In this document: positions 24,871 to 38,554 of the stretch, one piece after another | Position numbering within the stretch: position 1 is the first letter of the stretch | Layout of the letters: the number at the start of each line of letters is the position of its first letter | Source of the DNA: Negaprion brevirostris | Lineage: Eukaryota | Reading direction: 5' to 3' | Assembly: GCA_030324005.1 (NCBI GenBank) | Contig: JARDVH010000084.1 | Location: 50,934,737-50,998,024 of the forward strand | Length of the DNA stretch: 63,288 bases | Made by a program: the position numbers and the translations under genes | The notes under the pieces: model-generated | Seen by the model: only the letters and a program-made list of their open reading frames with translations | Database searches by the model: none | What the model was told of the DNA's origin: nothing

Positions 24871-25374
24871 TTCCCGAACAGTGTGAAGTGGCTGTAGGGA
24901 AAACATGTAAGATTTCAGTTTTTATAACTACAGCCATTGTGTACAAAATGAAGACCACTATACTTGGGCTTTATAAGGTTCTGGAATAACTGCACTTGGA
25001 AATTTTTGGTGCCTGCAAAATGAAGAATACTGAGTCTCTGAAAAGGGAAGGGGTCCTAATTTACCCAAGGGATGAATTTTTACCCTGATTTGGGAACAAG
25101 AACAATGTGGGAAGGCATTTAATTTAGTGCTGCCAGCCATGCTGCCAACTTGTAGTCACTGTTCTGAGTCAGTGATTTTGCTCAGAAATCTGCCTGATTC
25201 AGATTTATGGCCACTTGTTGTCAGATCACCTAGGGCCAGTTTGGAATTGTTTTGGGGAACCAAAGATTCCGTAATGATCCAAAGCAGCCCAGTGGACAGA
25301 AACAGCAACACGGTGGGAAGCGGTCATGGCCGTGCCATTCAATTAGAAATGGTGCATGGCTGAGAGATTTCATT

Positions 25375-26232
25375 TAGATCTAGATTTAGATTTGATTTAT
25401 TATTGTCACATGTATTGGCATAAAGTGAAAAATATTGTTTCTTGCACACAAAGAGTAGGAAAGGAGAAAGTGCACAATGTAGTGTTATAGTTATAGGTAG
25501 GATGTAGAGAAAGATGAGCTTAATATGAGGTAGGTCCATTTCAAAAGTCTGGTGACAGCAGAGAAGAAGCAGTTCTTGAGTCATTTGGTACGTGTCCTTG
25601 GACTTTTGTATCTTTGTCCGAACGGAAGAAGTTGGAAGAGAAAATGTTCGGGTGCATGGGGTTCTCAATTATGCTGGCTGCTTTTTCAAAGCAGCAGGAA
25701 ATGTAGACAGAGTCAATGAATGGGAGGCTGGTTTGCGTGATGAATTGGGCTTCTTTGTAGTTTCTTGCAGTCTTGGGCAGAGCAGGACCATACCAAGCTG
25801 TGATACAACCAGAAAGAATGCTTTCTATGATGCGTCTGTAAAGATTTGTGAGAGTCATAGCAGACATGCCAACTTTCCGTAGTCTCCTGAGAATGTAGCG
25901 GCGTCGTTGGGCTTTCTTAACTATAACATTGACATGGCAGTCCAGGACAGGTTGTTGGTGATCTGGACACCTAAAAATTTGAAGCTCTCGACCATTTGCA
26001 CTTTGTCCCCATTGATGTAGGCATGGGTATGTCCTCCACTGCATTTCCTGAAGTCGATGACTGTCTCCTTATTTCATTGACGTTGAGGGAGAGATTATTG
26101 TTGTCGCACCAGTTCACCAGATTCTCTATCTCTTTCCTGTACTCTGCTTCATCGTTGTTTGAGATCCAACCCACAACAGTGGTGTCATCAACAAACTTGA
26201 AAATCGAATTGATGGGGAATTTGGCCACACAG
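25375..26232 (-). mobile_element. Rex1/Babar-clade LINE, 5'-truncated
   Basis: FKFVDDTTVVGWISNNDEAEYRKEIENLVNWCDNNNLSLNV and KKAQRRRYILRRLRK...IESILSGCITAWYG; aataaatcaaatctaaa tail. Confidence 0.9.
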
Positions 26233-26589
26233 CAATTGACACACAGACACCATCATGCAAACAAAGTTAGTAATGCAACTGGTTTGTGTGTGCTCCATCA
26301 CTGGGGAGGGTTGTGAGTTTGCAAGAATCGGGATCAACAGCGGCAGGTCCCTTAAGAATTGGGACACTGAAATTTGTGCTCGGATTAAGGGAAAACTCAA
26401 ATCTCTCAACACTGCCTGCAGTGCCATGCCAGTCACTGTTCCAGTTGCTGTGCCTTGAACTTCTTCATCTCTGGCTCATTCTCAGGATCAGCAGCTGACC
26501 TTGGTGGCTTCTCTCAAGCATTGCATCTTACCTGATTTGAGAGAACTGGGAAGCTCATACAATTTCAAACAAATTAGATCTTGCAAGCA

Positions 26590-27470
26590 CAAAGACAGTA
26601 GAACGTGGCTCCATTGCTGGATTCCCATAGGTGCAGGATCTCATCACTTGAACCCATTTGACCATCAGGGTGCCAAGTGAGCAACCAGTGAGATTCATCA
26701 ACAAGAAGGGCTTCCATTCCCTAAACCTTCAACTGATACACAACAAAAGCAACATCTTTATGCATGTGTGCACTCACTCACCTTGCAGCTGCAGTTATCA
26801 GTTTGACATTTAAGTTTAAAATCTTGTACTTTGGGCTTTGATGGAAAGTAATGGTTGAAATTGGGACACCATCATAATTTTCTTTTCCTTTTACTGTTAA
26901 GAAATAATAACCTTCATACAAAGGGTAGTGGCAATCTAGGACTCTCTCCCTGAATAAAGCTTGAGGATCAGAGTTGAATAAAAATTTAAAAACAAGAACT
27001 AATGAATGTTTGTTCAGTAAGGGTAGTGAGAGTTATAGTACCAAGGCAGGTAGATGAAGAGTTATGAAACCTGGGCAAATAGGTGAAGGTAAGATACAGA
27101 TCAGTCATGATCAAAATGAATGTTGGAACATGCTCAAGGGGCTGAATGGCCTGCTCCTGTTCCTATGGATTATATAGCTTTCCTCATCCTCCAACTGTCC
27201 AAGATTTTGCAGGTCTTTATGTCACTACCAAATTCAGTGGATGAATTCTCAGGCAAGGATGAGAGATGACTATTGATCTCTTTTCGGGACCCCCTGAGAC
27301 AGAGGTGCTGCTGCCAAAGCCAACTGCATACAAGGGCCCTCAGTATGCAGGTCATCAGGCTTCTGAAGATGCAGTTCTAGTGTCTGGCCTCGTTGGGTGG
27401 CGCCCTGCTGCAAGGATCATCTGCGTTGTGGTGGTCCGCTGTGCTCTCCATAGTATGGCTGTCCAGGGAG
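26590..27470 (+). pseudogene. PIF/Harbinger transposase (HARBI1-like) remnant, split by a CR1 3' end (about 26905-27170)
   Basis: GSIAGFP*VQ, IRVPSEQPVRFINKKGFHSLNLQL, IRLLKMQF*CL..LGGAL, ARIICVVVVRCALHSMA. Confidence 0.8.
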
Positions 27471-28797
27471 CTGGACCTTAAAGAATATTAAGCATTACAT
27501 CAACCCACTTCTTTGGAGGTGGAGGAGAAAGGTACAAAACAGAACGGCACTCACGGTGTACAGGAAGTTGGCTGGAGCTAGCTCAGGAGTCAAAGCTCTG
27601 ATCAGGATGAAACAAATGCCAATGAATACCTGATCCAGGCATATTTCTCCTGAGTGTGATTCATCCAGCAGCACCATGTTCTCTGAGACTCACTTTGATC
27701 TCCCTTTCAGAACACATTAAAAAAAATGTAGCTTTAAATAGATCCATTCCTGCCACCGATGGATAATGCATGGTTTTACCATTCAAAGACTAGGGCTTCC
27801 CTTCAGCATTTCTTCCTTCATTTGCAGTCATGTTAAAGAATCAAGCTTACATACAGGGAGTGTGACTCAGCATTTCCAGTGTTATTAATACATTACAAAA
27901 TATACATTTTACAAGTGCACTGATGAATGCAGTGGCTTTCTGTCTCAGCCACTTCCACACGATCCCTCAGATGAGGCTGCTTCCATGTTGTAAACCTCTA
28001 AGACTCTACGAAATGCAAGCGTGTTTGCTTCTGGCTGTGATCCATTAGCAGTTGTCATCATCATGGAGATTGCTGCTGGTATCAATTAAGCAGTGGCCAA
28101 GGAAGCTTATGACGATGATGGTGCAATGTGAAGGTTAGCACCCCATCCTCATTGGTGACTGCCTCAGCCTTTAGATTAGCACTCTGGATTGCAGTAGGCT
28201 GCTGACCAGTCAATGCTCCAGAGCATTGCATGTATTTGTGCATGTCAATGCATTGTTCCTGCATCTGCTCCTTTTGCTGTCACACATGGCTCTTCATAAG
28301 GTTGGCCAGTTTACTCCATCCCTTCAATTACAGAATTCAATATTTTTTCACTTTCACTTCAAGGTATATATCACTCTCCTCATGTGGCATCATCCTTGGA
28401 CTATTAATCCCACCTCCTCATGTGGCTGTAATGATGATAAGCAAGGGCACCCTCCTCCACTGAATGCCTTCTCACTTGTATTCTGTGCCCTCTTTGCTTG
28501 CGAGGACTATAAAATAGAGATAAGGTAATGCTGACGTCAGCTACAAAGAATAAAATCAATTTCTCCCTTTCTTCTCTCTCTCATCACTGCCTGTACCCCA
28601 GTCTATCTATCTATATCTTTGTCATCAAACTGTTACAGTGTAATTTGGAACATAGAAATTTGCATTCTTGCTGAACTGCTGATATTTAGCATCCATTATA
28701 TTATGTACATTGCTTCATTAGATTAGGCATTGTCTCAGGTAAAGTATAACATACATGTCTCATTTAAAAATTAGTTTTATGTTCTGTTTCTCACCAG

Positions 28798-28983
28798 AGG
28801 GCGATTCTTCAAACCTCAAAGCTCCACACAGGATATTTGCCTCAGTCTTGCCTTCCAGTGTTGCTTTTTGTGATTATGGGTTTGCAGATGAGGGAAATAA
28901 GGAGCTGGAAGAACGTTATAAGGAATTGTTGGATTATGACCTAAACCCAGCACAGTTGGATAGAGTAGAAGAAGCCATGTTGG
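28798..28983 (+). CDS. ODR4: ODR4-family exon (EGDSSNLKAPHRIFASVLPSSVAFCDYGFADEGNKELEERYKELLDYDLNPAQLDRVEEAML)
   Basis: tttctcaccag| and G|gtgagt, 186 bp, phase 1-1. Matches recalled LPYRVFVPLPGSTVMLCDYKFDDE...EMLD. Confidence 0.95.
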
Positions 28984-29529
28984 GTGAGTATTTGCCCACC
29001 TTTACCATGTAAATGCTGGCAAACTGTATTCCTTCAAAATTGAGGTGATTATGTATCTAACAGTCTGTTCGCTTGCAATTACATTGCTGCATGTGTCTAC
29101 ACTAAAAATGCTTGTTAAGGCTCTGAACTAGAGACCCACTTAAGTTTACTTTTTGAGCTGGTTGAATGGATTAAATGATAATAATGATGCCTCCTTTGTT
29201 ATATTTGAGCAGTCAGAAATTAAGTAATGGTTAATAAATTTGCAAAGATAGATATATGTTATAAAGCTTAATAACAAAAGAATTCTGCTAACAGGAACTA
29301 TACTTCAGTTAGTATTAATCCAGCTTCCTGTGGACGAGTTCGGAGCTTCTTATGGGAACACTGCAACTTTATTTTTTCGTGTAAGCATCTTGTCAAATTG
29401 ATTTTAAAAGGCTTTTGCAGATGCCTTATCCTCAAGCAATTTGTCCATATTAGCATAGATAAGGTAAGAAATATAGCCAAGAAATTTTGAGGTGAATGTC
29501 AGATAGGAATTTCAGTGGATTGCTGTAAT

Positions 29530-30375
29530 GATGGTGCAGTCACATTTAAGCATCCATCAAGATTACAAAAACATTAATGGACATTGAACACATATCTGTT
29601 GCACCCCAAATGGCAGGAAAGTAACAAATGGAATTTGAGTTAATGCGCTTAGGGAGAGCACACAAAGCTAGGGAACACGTATTAAATAGAAGGACATTGA
29701 GAAGGGTAGAGGAGGTGAGAGACCTTGGAGTGCATGTCCAGAAAGGTGCCAGGACAGGTGGATAAGATGGTAAAGAAAGCATGTGGAATATTTCCTTTGT
29801 TAGACAAGATATTGAACATAAAATCAGGGATGTATTTCAGGAACTGTATAAGCGCAGGTTTAACCAGACTTCGAATTTTGTGTGCAGTTCTGGTCACAAC
29901 ATTACAAAAAGGACGTAATTGCTCTGGAGAAAGTACAGAGGAGATTTACAAGAATGTTGCCCAGATTTCAAAATTGCAGCCATGAGGAAAGATTAGATAG
30001 GCTAGGGTTGCTTCTTTTGTATCACAGGAGGGGTGACTCAATTGAGGTATTCAAAATCGAGCAATCTAAATGAAGTAAGCAGAAAAGATCTAGCTGAGGG
30101 GCAAATACCAGGAGGCGTGGATTTAAATAGATTAGTAGAAGGATTAGAGAGGATATGAGCAAAAGTCTATTAAGTTAGAGAGTCGTGGGCATTTGGAATT
30201 CACTGCCCAAATTGGTGGTTCAGGTTGAAATGCCCAACATATTTAAAAGGTACCTGGATCTGCCCCCGAAATGCTGTAACCCGCAAGGTTGCGGACCAGG
30301 TGCTGAAAAGTGGGATTACAATGAGCAGCTGGTTTCTTTATTCCTCTTTTTCTTGGCTGATGCAGATACGATGTT
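29530..30375 (+). mobile_element. CR1 LINE 3' portion
   Basis: [26 protein letters not shown] and GIWNSLP. Confidence 0.9.
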
Positions 30376-31874
30376 GCCGTAACCTTTCTGTGATCCACTG
30401 GTCCCCCATGTTGTGTTATCAGGAACCATATCTAGTTTCTGGCTATAACAGGAAGGTAAAACTTAGTCAACTAAGGGAAACCTTCTATTGGAAATGATAA
30501 TGATAGTCATGCACAACAAAATATCATTTTGTGATACAAGTTTTGGCAAAATAAGGAACCTGTAGCCTTGAACAAAGTAAGTGGGAAGAGAGCAATTAAA
30601 GATGCATAGCAAGTGCAATGAAAAAAGACCTAGAGCATTATTTCAAGTTGAATAATGGCTGTAACAAGGTAGATAAAGGTACAAACTGGAGAAAGACATG
30701 TTTATAAAATAAACCTTACAAAATATCTAAAATTCTGGAAAGGAGAGACATGTCAAGATTTCTAAGGAAGAACAAGCTAGAAGACCAACTGACTTCCTTA
30801 TTTCTTCTGATCTTTGATGTGTAATATATATATATTATGCAATTTTAGATTTCTACTTCATGTTTCTTTAATTCTTTATGATCAAATGATTGGCCAAAGA
30901 TGTATGTAGTTGCGTCATTTGATAAATTGTTAACTATACAGTTAAATCTGGTTTAACTTGAACAGTTTTCGTCTTCATGCTACTTCATTCTGTAATAATT
31001 GTGTAGCGTTGTAACTATTCTGAATTGCACAGGTAGCATGTACTCATGGTTTTCTGTCTTGATAGAACTTTGTGTACTTTGTCTGAAATATATAACTTGT
31101 TCTGTGTTACAATGATTAGTATCATTGAAATTTTGCTCCCTATTTGCTGAAGTTTATTCATATATGGAGACTATCAAGTAAAATAACAATGCCCAGGGTT
31201 AGCAAAGCATTCTTGCATGATCACTTGCTCATAAGAATTGTCTTGAGTGTGGAACCATATGGTTGCATACACAGTATAAAATTATGTATGGAACCATATG
31301 GTTGCATATGTAATCTGCAGATTACAAATATAAAATTCATGTTTTGTAAAAATTTAAGATTTTTACAGCAGATCTTGTTCAGCTACAGCATTAAAGTTAG
31401 AGCTCCTTTGTTCATATAGATCTTGAACATTGGCCAGCTCCCACAACACAAAACTTAGAAATAAAGATAAGACTTTTATGGGAAACATTCATGAGGTCAC
31501 TCCTGCATTGATCTAAATACCTGTAGTAGAATTAACGATCAGCAGTTTGTTCAGAATCATAACTCTTTACNNNNNNNNNNNNNNNNNNNNNNNNNNNNNN
31601 NNNNNNNNNNNNNNNNNNNNNNGAGAATTGTTAGCCATTTAGCAATTGCTGCCTGTTCATTAAGCAGAATGCATACAATACAGCATCTATGATTGCAATT
31701 CGTAACTCCAAAATCTCCTATTGGCTTTCCAGCATCAAAAGCCATTACACTGTCCATAGTTGGATAGTGAGCTTTTCCTCTGGCCACAATTTGGCCAAGT
31801 CAGGGAAAATCATGCACGAATGCCTGTTTCCTGCACACTGCAGGCTTCTGATCCCAATTAGACCATAATGAACA

Positions 31875-32070
31875 GTACTACTTCTCACAAAGCGTGGTGA
31901 ATTTGTGGAACTCAGCCTCATAGCCTGATGGAGTTTGAATCATTAAATAGTTTCAGAAAGGAACTAAGTATATTTCTGATTCAAATAAAAGGTTAAACTA
32001 ACATAGGAACAGATAAGGAGGTGGATTTAAGACCATGAAGAGATCAGCCATGGTCTGACTGAATGGCAAA
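31875..32070 (+). mobile_element. CR1 LINE 3' end fragment
   Basis: ttctcacaaagcgtggtgaatttgtggaactc...agatcagccatggtctgactgaatggc. Confidence 0.7.
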
Positions 32071-33631
32071 GGACACCCTTCCCCCATCTTGTTCTCTTTT
32101 CTGTCATGGCTTAACTGTGCCTGAACCAAAAAGAAGTTGGAATTGAGAGCAGTTAGATTTCATATATATTGTCCATGCTTCCTGTCTTACAAATACCCCA
32201 TTGGATTTAGCGTCAACTGATTGATGCACTACACGTTGTTCAGAAGAGCTCTGGGCTAGCACCCTCCAGAGAGATGGGGCCAAACAGATATAAGGATAAA
32301 AGCTTAGAGAGTCATGCCATTAGCAATGCGCCATCAGCAAGTGAGCTTTCTGTGAGGAAGGGTGAGAGGTCCACAGTGGCCTCCATCTGCAGAGCAGATG
32401 GAATGTAATGAGGCCATGATGCATATCCTTATCGCATTGTCACTGAGGCCTAAGACTCCNNNNNNNNNNNNNNNNNNNNNNNNNNNNNNNNNNNNNNNNN
32501 NNNNNNNNNNNNGAATAAGGTAATTCATCCTTTTGCAGCTTTGCAGGGCAGTCCTTTACTGGAGGCTCTGGGCACTGTCTGCCCTGGAGACTTGTAGGGT
32601 TCATCTCCCTGTTTAGCCACCATCTCCCATTTGGTGGGTAAAGGCCATCCCTCCTGGCCTACACTTAGTTAAACAACTCCCAGGAAGACATTATTGAACT
32701 TGTGCTCTGGCAGATGTCACACATATCCCCTGCCTAATCCATCTAACCTATATATCTTGAGACACTAAGGGACAATTTAGCATATCCAGTTGACCTATCC
32801 TGATATCTTTTAAATATGATACCTGGATATAAAGGTTGGGCACTTGCCATCCAGTCCAATTTGCTGCAAAAATGTCAGGAAACCTTCTGATTGGATAATT
32901 AATGAAACCAGATTGCGTGGTCCCCATTCCCGCCCTGCCACAGGACTTAATCCCAGAAGGGCAAGTTCTGCCTATGCTGTATTTCTACCTTTTGAAGGAC
33001 CATATGCAATGGGTATCCCAAAGTATTTCTGCTACAGACCCTTTTCAAAAAGAGCAGTTTATTAGCTTTTAGGTGCATTACATCCCATTCAGTGCATAAG
33101 TACATAAGAGATATAGGTTAAGTATTGAAATTGCCTCAGGTAGTGAGCAGAGGAAAGAGTACTTTGGCAGATGGCCTGAGCTTAAAATCGGAAGTAGCTT
33201 TTCTTATCTATTTTACTTTCTCCAGGAGTGTCTCAACAATTTATTTAATGGTTACTCAGAGCGCATAAATGGACTTTCAAATTAAATGTCAAAAAGAGCA
33301 AGTGCTTTTATTAATCCTTTATAGACGAACAAAATCTTCCAAATAAACTTGACTTTCATTGTTTGTAGAAATATTCACCAGAACTTTTACAGCAAGGGTA
33401 TAAAATGCAATATCAGACTGGTCAATCATGATACACTTTATTGAAGAAAGAGAATTCAGGCAGAACATCCATTTTGTACCCTCAGTAAAGTTGAAAGTTC
33501 CATATGATATATTTAAAGTAAATTTAATATGAAGTTCATGGATAAGGAATATGCTTCTTTTCTACTATCCACATGTCTAACATTGTTCCATTTTTAAAAT
33601 TATATTTTATACTTGGATGCAACAACTACAG

Positions 33632-33658
33632 AAGAGATGGGGGTCAAAGAAGAGGAGG
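33632..33658 (+). CDS. ODR4: Putative 27-bp ODR4-family microexon (EEMGVKEEE)
   Basis: ctacag| and G|gtaagt, phase 1-1, purine-rich. Fits the acidic linker before the TM helix; no recognisable homology. Confidence 0.6.
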
Positions 33659-33825
33659 GTAAGTTTTGAAACTGTATGATTCAATAAATGGTAGACTCTA
33701 GGTCCATAATTAGGGAGAAGAGTGAGATAAACATCTAGATTGTCTATGCATTTTGAAACAATGGGTGAAAAATGTAACTGTAATGGTTATAACTTTGAAC
33801 TGTTAAGATTAAGACTTCATATTGA

Positions 33826-34372
33826 AGATTTGATTTGATTCATTAGTGTCACATATGACAATACAGTGAAAAGTGTTGTTTCTTGCACATTATACAGACA
33901 AAACATACCGTTCATAGAGAAGGAAATGCGAGAGTATAGAATGTAGTGTTACGGTTATAGTTAGGGCATAAAGATCAACTTAATGCAAGCTAGGTCCATT
34001 CAAAAGTCTGATGGCAGCAAGGAAGAAGCTTTTTTGTTTCGGTTGGTACGTGACCTCAGACTTCTGTATCCATTTCCTAACGGAGGAAGGTAGAAGAAAG
34101 AATATTCAGGATGCGTGGAATTCTTAATTATGCTGGCTGCTTTGCCGAAGCAGCGGCAAGTGTAGACGGAGTCAATGGGTAGAGGGCTGGTTTGCGTGAT
34201 GGATTGGGCTATATTCACGATCTTTTGTAGTTTCTTGCAGTCTTGGGCAGAGCAGGAGCCATACCAAGCTGTGATTAAAAACCAGAAAGAATGCTTTCAA
34301 TGGTGCATCTGTAAAAGTTGGTGAGAGTAGTAGCTGACATACCAAATTTCCTTAGTCTTCTGAGAAAATAGA
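33826..34372 (-). mobile_element. Rex1/Babar LINE 3' fragment, second copy
   Basis: Homologous to 25385-25900; ORF 34000 AQSITQT.PLPIDSVYTCRCFGKAASII. Confidence 0.85.
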
Positions 34373-35648
34373 GTTATTGCAGCAATGCTGGTATTTTCAT
34401 GTGACTTTGTAAGCATATCCTATCTTTCTTATGATATCATACATTTACCTGGTGTAATATTGCATTTATGTGCAGTACTATTCAATAACGTTTTGAAAAG
34501 ATCAGGTTTTCCCTTCGGAACTAGTCCATACCACAAGATAATACTAATTGTTATTAGGCTCTGACATAAAGATCATTTTCCCCCAACAATGCCTGAGGAT
34601 TGAAAACAGCTACGTGAGTTTTTGCTGAATACAACAACAACAAATGTGAATGTTTGTTTATTCACACTTTGAAAAATTCTATTTTACAATACCCATTTTA
34701 CAATCTGCTTTTCTCCCATAAGAATGCCAGACGAATTTCCTGAACGAGTAACACAAATAATAAAAGGACAAGATTTAATGTGTTAAGACTTCTACTGTAG
34801 CAAGCAAACTGAAATCAACATAAATCAAGCATAAAAGACTTCATTGCATCAAACTAAAGAAAAGCCACTTTAGCATTAACTAATGCAATCAGGATATATC
34901 TTCTAACCTCTTACAGACTGCGCCGCATCACTGCACTACTGGCAGATGTGTAGCATTACATAATCAAATTTAATGTTGTTCCTGGTTCTCCAGCAGGTTC
35001 TCTGCCTTGTAAGTTTGCAACTTCCAGTGTTCTTTGAAATCGTTCCACTTAGCCCGAGTTTTCCAAATCTGGCTTCCACCAACAAAGCTCACCTCAGTGA
35101 CTCCTTATTCCTTAAATCTCCAAAACTCCCATTTTTTTCCCTGGCTGTTGAAAAGAAAATAAATCTTTACAAGCATCCTGCTTCTCCATAGCTGCTTTGT
35201 TTCTCTCCCTGTGTTTCACTAAGTAATTGACCTTTGCTGTGAGTTACTGTGTAAAGGTGTGAAAACTGTCACTTAATTTCAATAGGTTTCTGTTTGAATT
35301 TCAGCTCAGTGCAACCAGACATAGCCATGTCTCTGAGCTGGGGTGCTTCTGGAATTTCCAAATTTTCCTTAAGTTAAAGGAGACATCTTAAAACATAACT
35401 ATCTTGTAAAGGCCAGCATTTGTGACAATTCTCAACAACATATAGTGTTCTTGAAGTTTAAAATTTGTTGTTCCTCATAAGTTAACTAGTTTGAGTCACG
35501 TGTGAAACATAGCCTATTGGCATTTAATACTCCCCTAGCATTCATAAGTTATAGAAAAATACAGTTAAGTGGATTGAAACATGATTGTATAGGAAATAAA
35601 GTTAACTTTGACTAATACAAAATATATTTTCTTTAATTAAATGACAAG

Positions 35649-35690
35649 ACCTATCAAAGAAACCAGAAGAAGAGGAAATCATAGAGACTG
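35649..35690 (+). CDS. ODR4: Putative ODR4-family linker exon (DLSKKPEEEEIIET...); its 3' end runs into an N gap
   Basis: acaag| acceptor, open in phase 1, acidic GAA-rich sequence. The donor is not visible (gap 35691-35711). Confidence 0.55.
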
Positions 35691-36029
35691 NNNNNNNNNN
35701 NNNNNNNNNNNTTGTATATAACTGTCATTTATATTCTTCCTGAAATTGATGATGCAAGAATCTGCTGGAATGCTTGCTTGTTTATAGATTTGTTATCTTC
35801 CAGTTTTCTGGGAGCAGGCTCTGATACCATCAATGTTTATCTGGGACTTGGGCGACTTTTACCGACCGTTACTGGAGCTCTCACTCCCTTGTAATTTTGA
35901 TTAAAGAAACGCCCATCCACAATAAGCTCAATACAGGAAAAATAAAGCACATTGAGGTGGCACAGCTCCGCATTTTAGAGCATGTATGATGTGCTGGGTT
36001 ATTAGATGGAGTGAANNNNNNNNNNCATT

Positions 36030-36288
36030 CAATCCATTGAGCCTGCACCAACAACATTGCCAACCAGGCCCTACGCCATAACCCCACGTATTTACCCTCT
36101 AACGCTAAGGGGCAATTTAGCATGGCCAAACCACTTAACCCACACATCTTTGGACTGTGGGAGGAAACCAGAGAACCCAGAGGAAACCCACGTGAGCAAA
36201 CTCCATACAGTCACCTGAGGCCAGAATTGAACCTGGGTTCTTACAGCTGTGAGGCAGCAGTACTAACTAAAGTGCCACTGTGCAGCCC
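36030..36288 (-). mobile_element. HE1-type V-SINE
   Basis: Reverse of the tRNA head and V-domain (ctaaggggcaatttagcatggcc...gtgaggcagcagtactaac). Confidence 0.85.
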
Positions 36289-37044
36289 TTGTTTATGGAT
36301 TTATTATCTTTCAGTTTATCCATCAAAGAGGACTTAATCTGAGGAAATATCAGTATTCCATTTGTCTATCTCAACTAAATTTGTGTTCATTCTCCCTTTT
36401 TAAAATGTTAGACATGAGGGGGGATAGCACTACACTCATCTGAGTGTTCTCTGAATCTATTCCGTGACATAATTTGGAGGGCTCAAGAAGCTTTCTATTT
36501 CAAGGACCTGATTGCATGTACCTCAGCCCAAGATGAAAAGCTGCCACGTCAAATAGATCTCTGAAGAGCCCTTATGATGAGAGATGGGTAAAACAATTTG
36601 CAATAGCACATTAACTGCCTCTGACCTTTGTGAGACAATAGGGCATGGGTATTATGGTACAAAACTAACCTCTGCCTATTAATTGTTAGCAAGCAGCACA
36701 TAAAATCCATGCTGCCTGCTGATTAACAGGATTTTGCGTATAGCAAGTGCTACTTGTGCTGTTCATTGCCTGCACTCATGAAGTAGATGCCTGATATCGG
36801 GAGTCTAAAATGCTAATTAAAGGCTGCAAGTAGCTGGTACCTCTTCATGGGCAGGTGCATTGTGGCTGCAGGTCAAGTGAAAATAGTCTGTGTGGTGAAA
36901 TTATTGAAGCTGACAGAGCGTGAACAGTAATATTCTCAAATGCTGCACTGGAGTTCTTGATGCAGGAGGAGGAGAAGATTCTATATCATCTGTCAATGGA
37001 GCAGCAAGAAACCTTCCAGTCATCTGATAGCATGCAATGGAAGG

Positions 37045-37790
37045 AAGAAGGAAAGATTTGTACTTATTTGGTGTTTTTCACAACCACCAGACAACTTAAA
37101 ATGCTATACAACTGACATACAGGCGATGGCCTAGTGGAATTATCACTAGACCATTAATCCAGAATCTCGGCTAATATTCTGGGGACCTATGTTTGAATCC
37201 CACCAAGGTAGATGGTTGAATTTGAANNNNNNNNNNNNNNNNNNNNNNNNNNNNNNNNNNNNNNNNNNNNNNNNNNNNNNNNNNNNNNNNNNNNNNNNNN
37301 NNNNNNNNNNNNNNNNNNNNNNNNNNNNNNNNNNNNNNNNNNNNNNNNNNNNNNNNNNNNNNNNNNNNNNNNNNNNNNNNNNNNNNNNNNNNNNNNNNNN
37401 NNNNNNNNNNNNNNNNNNNNNNNNNNNNNNNNNNNNNNNNNNNNNNNNNNNNNNNNNNNTGAAGTACTTTTTGAAGTGTCGTTATTGTTGTGTAGGAAAC
37501 ATGATACAAATATGTGTACGCAAACTCTCTCAAACAGCAGTGTGCTAATGACAGGATAATCTCTTTTTTGATGTTAATTGAGGAATAAATATTGGCCAGG
37601 ACACGTGGGATAATTCCCCTGCCATTCTTCAAAATAGTGGCCTATTTTGCATCCACCCATGCAGTTACATGGGGCTAGATTTAATGTCTCCTTTGAAAGA
37701 CAGCACACCTGACAATCCCAGGCTTCATCAGCATGAAACAGTCGTGATGGCTTTGGATTTTGTGCTCTAGCCCTGGAGCCCTTGAACAAA
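37045..37790 (-). mobile_element. Deu-domain SINE interrupted by a second tRNA-SINE (37121-37225, + strand, running into a gap)
   Basis: gaggaataaatattggccaggacac...ttgaaagacagcac (Deu domain, reversed); insert head ggcgatggcctagtgg...gtttgaatcccacc. Confidence 0.75.
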
Positions 37791-38554
37791 CATTTTCTAT
37801 GGATATGCCTTCTTGGGTGTGGATATAGTGTTGAAAGATGGTTAATAATCTGACAAGAATTGTCAAGGTAAGAATGGTCTTCTGATTACAGAGCCTCATT
37901 AACTGTTGAATTCAAACTGCCTCCGTTCCCCACTATCCGGAGTCTTCAGCAAAGTATGATACAGTTCAATTGATATCCTTTACATTGCACTCTCATCCTG
38001 TGCACCATTACTGAATTCTCAGCTGCATCACACAGTAGCAGTCATTTAATGATTACATTATGCAAAGCTGTTGGAAGAACCTTACTAACCACCTACAGAT
38101 TTTTTGCAGGAGATGGTGGTACCATGACACTAGATCGTAGACTGCCACTAGAGGAGGAGCCAGGAAATTACATATCCTTTTGCCCGTTTCAGAGATGTTG
38201 TCAATAATGGGATAGGGAAGAATGGAAACTGTGACGTCTTGCAATAATGATGGACGTGCCAAGTAGGATTTCATGCCTCCCCTAGCCCACTCTTTATGGC
38301 AAGCTGTTGATGTTCTCAGCTATATTCTTCTTGTCCTCTGCTCTCTCCACGCCACAACCTAACCCTAGCACACTTTATTTTCAGCTTGTTAGCCTATGGA
38401 AATTCCTCAGTCAGTGGAGAAAGGTCACGAGTGATGATGAAGAAGATGTAGCATCATTTTTCTTGCTCTTGCAGCCATTGATAGGCTAGGTTAGAGGGGG
38501 GACTCTGCATGTAGTGAATCACAAGCCTGCTTGATTAGTACACTATTCACCACA

